Source: Vicugna vicugna (Eukaryota). Taken from it: DNA of 64,000 bases. The translations under genes and the position numbers were made by a program. Positions 49,601 through 57,500 of this stretch are shown here, in pieces. The DNA lies in contig MU058540.1 of the NCBI GenBank assembly GCA_013265495.1, positions 1,885,696 through 1,949,695 of the forward strand, written 5' to 3'. The notes under the pieces are model-generated. The model was not told where the DNA came from, did no database searches, and worked only from the letters and a program-made list of their open reading frames with translations. Every line of letters begins with the position of its first letter. Positions within the stretch are counted from its first letter, which is position 1.

Positions 49601-52600
49601 TCTCTGTTCTAGAAACAGAGTACCTGCCCTAGAAGCAGAATACCATGGTGCCTGTGGAGTCAAACCACTTAGTTTCAAATGCTGGCTCCATCACTTAGGG
49701 GCTGTGTGATCTTGAACAAATCACTTAACCTCTCTGGGCCTCAATTGCCTCATCTACAAAAGGCCACTGATAATAGTACCTACCTCACAGGGTTGTGTGA
49801 GGTTGCGATGAGTTCATAGCTGTGATGTGCTTAGCACAGTACTTAGCACAGAGCAAACACTAAATGTTAGTGGTTTTTTTTTTTAGTTATTGCTCTTATT
49901 CAGTGCTGCCTAACAGAAGTATGTCATGTATGTAATTTTTTGTAACAGCTATATTGAGATATAATTCACAAACTAAAAAATTCGCCAATTTAAAGCGTAC
50001 AATTCAATGTAATATAGTGTATTCAGAGTTGTACAAACATTACCACTATTTAATTTTAGAAGCTTTTCACTACACTGAAAAGAAACCCATTAGCAGCACC
50101 CTCTACCCCTCCCAGCCACTGGCAACCACTAAGCTACTTTCTGTCTCCATGGATTTGCCCATTCTGGACATTTCATATAACTGAAATCATACAACATATG
50201 GTCTTTTTGTGAGTGGCTTCTTTTACTTAGTATAATATTATCTAGGTTTATCCATGTTGTAGCATATATAAGTACTTCATTCCCTTTTATGGCCAAATAA
50301 TATCCCATTGTACGGATATATACCACATTTTGTTTCATTCATTCGGCAGTTGATGGACATTTGGGTTGTTTTTACTTTTGGGCTTCTATGAATAAGGTCA
50401 CTATGAGCATTTATGTACAAGTTATTGTACAGATGTGTATTTTCATTTCTCTCCTTTTTTAAACTGGCTAATTGGCTTTTTAAAACTTTTTTTTGGGGGG
50501 GAGATAATTAGGTTTATTTATTTTACTTTTTAGAGGCAGTACTAGGGATTGAACCCAGGACCTCTGCATGCTAAGCATGTACTCTAACCACTTGAGCTAT
50601 ACCCTCCTGCCTTCATTTCCCTTGAATATATACCCAGGAGTGGAGTTGCTGGATCATATGTTAACCCTATGTTTAATATTTTAAGGAACCACCAAACTGT
50701 TTTCCAATGTGGCTGCACCATTTTACAATTCACATATGTAATCAAAAATGTTCTTATAGTCACATTAAAAAAAAAAAGTGAGGGGAGGTTTTAGCTCAGC
50801 GGTACAGTGTGTGCTTAGCATGCATGAAGTCCTGGGTTCAATCCCCAGTACTTTCATTTAAAAAAAAAATCATAAAAGTAAAAAGCAACAGGTGAAATAA
50901 ATTTTAATACATTTAATTGAACTCAATATATCAAAGATTACATATCTAATATCATTTCAATATGTAATCAATATAAAAAGCTATTAAGGAGACATTTTTA
51001 GAGGCTTTTTGGTACTAAGCTTCAAAATCTCATGTATATTTTACACTTACAACATATCTCAGTTCAGACTAGCTCCACTTCAGGTGCCCAATAGCCACAT
51101 ATGGCAGGTGGCTGTCCTATTGAACAGCACAGTTCTAAATAGTTGTGTTTGAGGCTTATAATTCTGATTAGGCCTTGAGCTACTGGGGGCAGAACTTTAT
51201 GCGCGAGCAGAGCCTTGCAGACAGCAGATGCTCAGTAGATGCCACATGAATGAGTAAATGAATGAATGGACCTAGTTTTTTCCAACAGCTGCTGATGGTG
51301 GCCACAGCTACTCTCAGAAGCCTCAGCCTAAGTCAGACCCTATCCGGGAGCTTCTGGCCCTACTTCAGAGCCTAGACCTTGAGGTGCAGCAGGTAGTTGA
51401 GGGGAAGGGGCAGAGGATGCCATGGTGGACCTCTGGGATGCCCAGACATGCTGGAGGAGGGTCCCTGGAGCTGTATTTGGGTGGCCATGAGTGTGTGTGT
51501 ATTTGAGGGGGTATGTGCTCTAACCCTGCCCGTGGCTGCAGAGGGAGCATGACAGTCGGGACATCATGTGTGGCATCTGCATGGACAAGGTGTGGGACAA
51601 GCCAGAAGCACAGCGGATCTTCGGCATCCTGCCCAACTGTAGCCATGCCCACTGCCTGGGCTGCCTGCGCACCTGGCGGAAGAGCCGACAGGACTTCCCA
51701 CTGGATGTCATCAAGTCAGTGTCATGCAGGGGCCAGTAGGGAGGGAAAGGTCCCAAAGAGATTTGGGCTTGGAGGCCAGCTGGTGGGCTTGAGCCTCCTC
51801 TTCTCTCACCTCCCACCACACCTCGCAGGGCCTGTCCCCAGTGCCGTGTCCATTCCAGCTACATCATCCCCTGCAAATTCTGGGTGAGCAAGGGGCCTAA
51901 GAAGGAGCAACTCATTAGGAACTTCAAGGCTCGGACCAGGTAACCTGGCAGGGGGCACATGACTCAGGTTAGGAAAGAGGGGAGGAGAGTCCCTAATCCA
52001 TTCTGACTAAGCCACAGTTCCCAACCTGGGATCCCCCAAATCCTGGACATTCGGAGTGATGGAGATGGCAGGCGAGGGTGTGAGCTATTTCCACTATTTC
52101 AGAAATCCCAGTAAATAATAGTGGCTGAGACAGCAGCAGAAGAGCAAGGCCAAGTTTCCCTTCTAGCCTGGCTCAGGATCGATGCAGGGCAACTCTGGTT
52201 CTCTTAGCACAATGGGAAGCTTTGCTTGGCTTTTGTTTCTGACTTGTGCTTTTAAAGCAGGGAAGTAAATTGTTATGAATACACGTTGTTTGCTTAGATG
52301 ATCTTTGAAAACATAGAGTCTCTGAGAAGGAGACTGAAAGGCAGCCCTCAGAGACAGGGGAAAGTTGGGTAGGTTTTAATCTCTTGGCGGGAGGGTAGAC
52401 TTTATTCAAAATCTGGAATTAGCTACAATTCCTCCTCCTCCCCCTCTTCCCCCTCCTCCTCCTCCTTCTTTTTTTTCAAATAGAGGTATTAGGGATTGAA
52501 CCCAGGACCTCATGCATGCTAAGCATGTGCTCTACCACTGAGCTATACAACCCCACCCCCACCCCCAATTCCAGGTTCTTAATTCTACCTTTCCAAAGGG

Positions 52601-54604
52601 TTTATTATATTTGACATATACAAAGTATAGTTGGATAAAAGGTGGGATAAAGAAGATTGGTCTCTTCCTGTGAGACATTCAGCCTTGTTGGGAAGACACC
52701 TGGATTGTGCCTGTGACTGTAATAGCTGCATTAATAAAGTTACTGAGAACAAAACGTGGGCGAGTTTCACAGAGCAGGGAGAGCTGGGTGTTGGAGGAGG
52801 AGTAGGGGCTCCTCAGGAGGAGAAAACTGAGAGCACCCCAGGTAGAGAGGTTGAAGTGGGGAAATCCTGCAGCTGGGGTATGGTGGGGAGCCTTCCGAAG
52901 ATGTCTGGGCCAGAGGGGAGTACCCAGGCCCGGGTGTGATAGGAGACAATGACATGGAGCGTTCATCCTGGATGACAGACTGCGTGTCATAAACGCCATG
53001 ATGTAGGGTCTCTTACTGCCCCCACCTGCAAAAGGAGATGTGGTCTGTGGGACTTCAGGGCAGAAGTGGGGTTTGAACCCAGGCATTCTGACTCCTAGCA
53101 TGTACTAGAAGGAATGGTGGGGAGGATATTGACTTGAGAGGAAGTAGGGCCAGACTGGGTAGCCAACTGACCATGAGGCTGAAAGGAAAGTTTAAGATGA
53201 CTAATGTCTGCAGCATAGGTGGACACAGGTCTGGTAGTGTCACATGAGGGTGGGTGAGGGAGGCTGACGGGAATTTGGACAGTGTGGGGTTTTTGAAGGC
53301 TATCTGGATGGAGGGGTTCCTAATGCTAGTTTTGGTCAAATGGTAGGAGGAGGAAGAGGAAGAGATAGCCATTTAGAGGAATTCCTAGGCTCCCAGCTTG
53401 GTGGTCAGTGGGGTCCTGCATTCATGCTGGGATGGCAGGAAGTGGGAAAGACTCAACTGTTTTGGAGTCAAGCAGAGAACTGACGCAGAAAAAGGCTATA
53501 AATACGCGCTTTGTCTTTTTTTCTCTCTTGCCCATCTTTCTGTGCAGGCAAAAACTGGTCCTACTTAAGCAGATCACAAATTGCCCACAAACCTCTCCTG
53601 TAATCTAACCTTTCACAGAGTGAAATTTGAAATTTCAGAAATGGGAAACTTCTCAATGAATTTCATTAGCTTGCAATTACCTAATCACAAGACCATCCCT
53701 CAGAACAGCACATTGTTCTTACTTGGTTACAGAGACACATTGCAGGGTGATCTGCTATTCCCCCCTCCTTTGGCGGTATCATTGAAACTTAGTTCAGAAA
53801 GGGAAAGGAGATTCCTAGGGTCACTACTGTCCCAAACAGAGCCTGTGTAGGAGTTATAAGAAAGGCAGGCACCCCTTAAGACACTTTACTGCCATCTGCT
53901 GGGAAATAGTTGTAATAGGTGTAACGTCTACACTTGTCTCTGATGCTAGTGGTGCCGGCACAGATGTGGTGCCTTTGTGCTGTGTACAACCTACCCAACC
54001 TTACATATCAGCCTTGAGGGTCCCTTGTTTTGGGGGCAACTGGGCTTGAAGGTGATGGTCTTCTCTCCTTTTGCCCTCTCATAGCCAGATTCGATGCCGG
54101 TTCTTCATACGGGGGAATGGCCGCTGCCCCTTTCAGGCTGACTGCATTTACCTGCACCAGCTCCCAGATAAGGCCCTGACCTCTGATCCTCCCTGGACCA
54201 AGAGTATGCAGCTGGCCTCTGTGAGTGAGGTAGTATCAGCAGGGATATGGGGTGGGGGAAGCTGCTGGTCATGGTTTATAATATGTCTCTGATAAATGTA
54301 AAACCTGTGTATGATGGCCATGACATTAATGGTGCCTCCTTAGATGTGGGACTTTTATGCTATGTACAACCCACACAAACTCCTGTGTCAGCCTTGATTC
54401 CCTTGTACTTGGCACAACTGGAATTGAAGCTGGTGGGTTTTCACTGATTTCTTTCTTTACTCCCAGGTGGTGGGCACAACAGCATACCTAGGGGGCACGG
54501 AACCAGAGGAGGAAGTGTTCTTCATGGACTGTGCCCTGGCCATGGCCTTCTGGGGTTCAGAACTCCCACTGGACCCCAACAGTTCTTACCACTGCCTCCT
54601 GTAA
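43544..54604 (+). CDS. Makorin-family RING E3 ubiquitin ligase / C3H zinc-finger protein, intron-containing, about 364 aa (probable mkrn4 orthologue)
   Basis: Hand-spliced exons 43544-43614, 48908-49027, 49209-49450, 51289-51392, 51542-51714, 51829-51939, 54085-54220, 54467-54604 total 1095 nt, all GT-AG, phases 2,2,1,0,2,2,0, no internal stop. Contains C3H finger CRYFQRGFCFHGGRCSYQH, makorin-type RING CGICMDKVWDK...RIFGILPNCSHAHCLGCLRTWR...ACPQCRV...IIP.KFWV and C-terminal finger CRFFIRGNGRCPFQADCIYLH. Confidence 0.88.
46491..46639 (-). mobile_element. Vic-1-like SINE with a small internal duplication (ccaggaccttg x2)
   Basis: Reverse-complement match to the other SINE copies; T-rich tail at the left end. 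Confidence 0.88.
46809..46960 (+). mobile_element. Vic-1-like SINE with 18-bp TSD
   Basis: TSD ttaaaaattactgtttag at 46791-46808 and 46961-46978; A and B boxes; A-rich tail. Confidence 0.9.
47968..48233. mobile_element. Non-autonomous TcMar-Tigger DNA transposon (MER2/Tigger3-like) inserted into a MIR
   Basis: Imperfect terminal inverted repeats cagttattcct...agggatgactg flanked by TA on both sides; MIR sequence resumes after the element. Confidence 0.75.
48908..49027 (+). CDS. Makorin-like gene exon 2 (C3H fingers)
   Basis: tcttag|G...TGCAG|gtaagc; NFDPEACHWGSSCCFAQDQKASQVCRYFQRGFCFHGGRC. Confidence 0.88.
49209..49450 (+). CDS. Makorin-like gene exon 3
   Basis: ctacag|C...CAT|gtgagt; (S)YQH completes the C3H finger, followed by a linker with RRHSEP and RRGSEP. 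Confidence 0.85.
49640..49870 (+). mobile_element. MIR SINE
   Basis: cacttaacctctctgggcctcaattgcctcatctacaaaa...aatagtacctacctcacagggttgt core. Confidence 0.75.
50455..50611 (-). mobile_element. Vic-1-like SINE nested in L1
   Basis: Reverse-complement SINE body; flanking ttcatttc repeats near 50442 and 50612. Confidence 0.88.
50780..50869 (+). mobile_element. Vic-1-like SINE (short form)
   Basis: tagctcagcggtacagtgtgtgcttagcatgcatgaagtcctgggttcaatccccagtac followed by an A-tail. Confidence 0.88.
51289..51392 (+). CDS. Makorin-like gene exon 4
   Basis: tttttccaacag|CT...CAGCAG|gtagtt; its phase 1-to-0 junctions bridge exons 3 and 5 exactly; ADGGHSYSQKPQPKSDPIRELLALLQSLDLEVQQ. Confidence 0.75.
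51542..51714 (+). CDS. Makorin-like gene exon 5 (RING, N-terminal part)
   Basis: ctgcag|AGG...TCAA|gtcagt; REHDSRDIMCGICMDKVWDKPEAQRIFGILPNCSHAHCLGCLRTWRKSRQDFPLDVI(K). Confidence 0.93.
51829..51939 (+). CDS. Makorin-like gene exon 6 (RING, C-terminal part)
   Basis: tcgcag|G...CCAG|gtaacc; ACPQCRVHSSYIIPCKFWVSKGPKKEQLIRNFKART. Confidence 0.93.
52433..52565 (-). mobile_element. Vic-1-like SINE with (CCT)n-rich tail region
   Basis: Reverse-complement SINE body; flanking caattcc repeats at 52426 and 52566. Confidence 0.85.
54085..54220 (+). CDS. Makorin-like gene exon 7 (C-terminal C3H finger; alternative in-frame donor after 54229)
   Basis: tcatag|C; QIRCRFFIRGNGRCPFQADCIYLHQLPD (C-x9-C-x5-C-x3-H); donor CT|gtgagt or GAG|gtagta, both phase 0. 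Confidence 0.9.
54467..54604 (+). CDS. Makorin-like gene terminal exon (coding part)
   Basis: Strong acceptor tttctttctttactcccag; VVGTTAYLGGTEPEEEVFFMDCALAMAFWGSELPLDPNSSYHCLL TAA; AATAAA about 245 nt downstream. Confidence 0.72.
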   Translation: MVGTTAYLGGTEPEEEVFFMDCALAMAFWGSELPLDPNSSYHCLL

Positions 54605-54849
54605 CCAGGATCAACATGTGGGGGATGGGGCTGAGGGGCAGGGGTTGCTAGGTGGTAGGTCTTTTCCCTTTTTGGGCTTGGTGGGGGGTGAAAATAGCAA
54701 GCCCTCCACCCCCATGAACCACAGCAGTGACACAGTTGGGGAACATGGGGATGAGGGAGGGCTCTTGGAAAGAGGAAGGGTTCTCACCTTCTTGCCGGGG
54801 ACTTGGTTTTTAACTTTGCTCTTTTGTAGACAAATTCTGAAAGAAAACC

Positions 54850-54855
54850 AATAAA
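54850..54855 (+). terminator. Polyadenylation signal AATAAA of the makorin-like gene
   Basis: First AATAAA after the predicted stop codon, followed by GT-containing sequence. Confidence 0.65.
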
Positions 54856-55530
54856 ATGCGCCTAAGCCATCACTGCTGGTGTCTGAAGAGTGTCTGCTCA
54901 TAGCCCAGGTGCCCTCCCACCCCAGTCGAGTGTTGCTTCTGCAGTCTGTTGCAATATCATTCATCATTTAACCTCTGGAAAACTTCACATTATGCTTCTA
55001 AGAGAATGAGAGCAGAAAGGGCAAAGAACATTTTAGGTATTGTATAAATAGTAAAAATGTCATGAATTCCATGCAAAGGTCTCCAGGATTCCCCCAGGGT
55101 TCTTGAACCACGCTTAGAACTTTCCTCCCTACTCTCCTTCTCCTTTGCTAGAATGTAAACCTTGATGGGCATGAGCCAGAGACACCACTGAGTAAAACTG
55201 AGGGGGGCAGGGCATTGAAAGCTGTTTAGCATTCTTGGCCCTGCCTACTACTTCTCAGGGCCTCCCCCCACCTCTCCCCGGGCCCTAACAGCATTTGAAG
55301 ACCAGCATTTGGTCATTTGAAGACCAAAAACATCTATGAGGTTAGAACTGCTCACCTGAGATAGAGGTGCTTGGAAGAAACTTCTTTCCTACCATTTTGG
55401 CCTTTGCAAAGCAGGCATTATCGAAGAAATAATGCTTAGTCTTTTTCAACAGCTCCCTTGAAATCATTTTGGAAAAAAATTAAAATTTGGGTGCTAATGG
55501 AAATCAGATGCAGCTCAAAATATGCCTATG

Positions 55531-55647
55531 GCGGTGGGGAGGGTATAGCTCAAATGGTACAGCACATGCTTAGCATACACAAGGTCCGGGGTTCAATCCC
55601 CAGTACCTCCTTTGAATAAATAAGTAAACCTAATTACTACCCCCCCA
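55531..55647 (+). mobile_element. Vic-1-like SINE
   Basis: ggggagggtatagctcaaatggtacagcacatgcttagcatacacaaggtccggggttcaatccccagtacctcc...aaacctaattac. Confidence 0.9.
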
Positions 55648-56549
55648 ATATATATCTGTGGTTTCCCAGACTATTCAGAATGAAAGACAGATTCCACTCT
55701 CTGACCTCAAGGTGGTATAAGACCTGGTTTGTTTCTCTCTCTGATCTTATCTCCTCTTACTTCCTAGCAACTGCACTCCACTCCAACCATGCTTCTGCCC
55801 CAGAGCCTTTGCATTTGCCGTTCCCTCACCTTATCTCCTTCAGGTTTTGCCTGACTACCTACATAAAACTACCTCACTCGATCTCCCTTCCCTAGTCTAT
55901 TCTTCTTGAAAGCACTTACAACAAACAAGCATCCTGTTGTTTACTTATTTAGTTGTCTGTCTCTGCTTGAGTGTCAGCAACAATGAGCGCAAGGGTCTCT
56001 ATTGTGTTCCCTGTATACCGAGCCATAAGGTGCTCAGTGCAGATTTACTCAGTGGATGCGTATGTGGCAGCAGAAGGTGGGAGGATGAGAAATACAAGCT
56101 GGCACGCAAAATAGGGTTTATGGGATGCTGTGGGGCTCTTCTCCCCTCTCCCTGTCCTATTCCTGTCCTCTGCAGTGACCCCCTCCCTTCCCTGGAAGAC
56201 TGCTTCCTCCACTTCCTTAACTGAAACCCTGGAGGTGGAGGCACTCTTGGCCCCTTATGAACAACCAGAGCAAGGCCGCTCCTAGGTCTTTGGGAGGAAG
56301 TTCACAGTAAGGCCTTTGGCCATATAGATGGCGTTAGGTTTTGCTGAGACTCCATTCTCAGGTACACTGGTTCAACAAATATTTCTGCATGATGGCGGTT
56401 GATGGCCTGTGGAAGAGGTGATGCTACGGTGAGGTGGTAAATTATGATCAAATCCCATGGCAAAGCCCATGATCTACAAGCAACATAGACATCAGCTAAA
56501 ATTAAACGATCCTGAAGTACAATAGGATCCCTGACATCCATTCTGCCCT

Positions 56550-57500
56550 CTGCCGCCCGGCCCACCCTCTTGAGCGGTGGAGGAAGGAAGGCGGTTAGGG
56601 TCAGCAGCGGAGCAGCCAAAGACCCGCCCCTCCACCAAGCCCCACCCTCCAGCAATCTCTTGCATGACCCCGCCCACCAACCTATTTGTGGACCCGCCCC
56701 CGCTCAGCCTTCGCCTTGCTACTCCCTTCTGCTCCTCTCTGGCCAGGAGCGTTCCGGGCCCCGCCCCTTCCGGCCTGCCCTCGTGCTTCGCCCCCGTGCC
56801 TCTCCGGCCGCTCCTCCCCCTCCCTTCCTTGTCCGATGCCGGACGCAAATCCGAGCACGTTCTCGAGAGCTGAGAAGGGAATGTGGCGGGCGCGCGAGGA
56901 GACTTGCTGCCGCTTTGGGGCTGGCGCTGGCGTTTTTCTCCTTCTACCGTGGTATGGGTGCTGAGTCCCGAAACCAGAGTGCGGCAGTGTGGCTTCCGGG
57001 CCCCGGGCATGGAGGCCCCGAAGGCCGTGCCCGCTCAGGCTGAGGGCGCGGAGCAGGCGCCCTGGGCGCAGCTGGAGGCCCCCGCCCGACTTCTGCTACA
57101 GGCGCTGCAGTCGGGGCCTGACGGGGCGCGGCGCGGTCTGCGGGTGCTGCGGGCGGTGACCGGCCGCGGCGGAGAGCCCTTCGGCTGGGGTCGGGTCCTC
57201 GAGGCGCTGTGCCGGGAGGAGCCCGTGGTGGAGGGCCCGGACTGCCGCCTGGAGCTGTAAGTCAGCCCACGTTCCTCCTTCCCTGCTGGTCTCGGCGGCC
57301 AGGGGCACCGCCCTTCATCTTCCACGGTCGTGTGCGGCAAGGGCTGGCTGAACATTCCTTCTCTAGATGAGAATACCGAGGCAGAGAGAGGCTACTGACT
57401 TCCCCTCAGCAAGCGGGTCCCTGCCACGCAGCCCGTGAGGAGAGGCAGCCAGCAGACCTTCGTTGACTACCTGCTGGATGCCGGCTGGTGCGGCATACCT
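56550..57500. promoter_or_regulatory. FANCE: CpG island / FANCE promoter
   Basis: Dense CpG and high GC content; GC boxes (CCCGCCC near 56623, 56668, 56693, 56759) and ETS-type CTTCCGG motifs near 56767 and 56993; overlaps FANCE exon 1. Confidence 0.9.
57009..57256 (+). CDS. FANCE: FANCE exon 1 coding part
   Basis: ggcATGg; [31 protein letters not shown]...DCRLEL; CT|gtaagt. Confidence 0.95.

Larger units (their letters stand above)
49901..51132. mobile_element. MER33-like hAT-Charlie element split by an L1 (about 49935-50730, minus strand) and two SINEs
   Basis: Termini cagtgctgcctaacag and ctattgaacagcaca; internal ttttacacttacaacatatctcagttcagactagc motif; L1 flanked by repeated tatgtaat. 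Confidence 0.7.

Noticed and set aside
54590..54604. C-terminal HCLL* of the makorin protein as a CaaX prenylation signal
   Set aside because: The Cys is third from the end, not fourth, so it is not a canonical CaaX.
43544..54604. Makorin locus as a processed (retro) pseudogene like many MKRN1 copies
   Set aside because: It has seven canonical introns, no poly-A/TSD signature and no disabling mutation in the reconstructed frame.
56883..57008. Possible N-terminal extension of FANCE suggested by the ORF track
   Set aside because: Starts at GTG; the ATG at 57009 has a strong context and matches the expected FANCE start.
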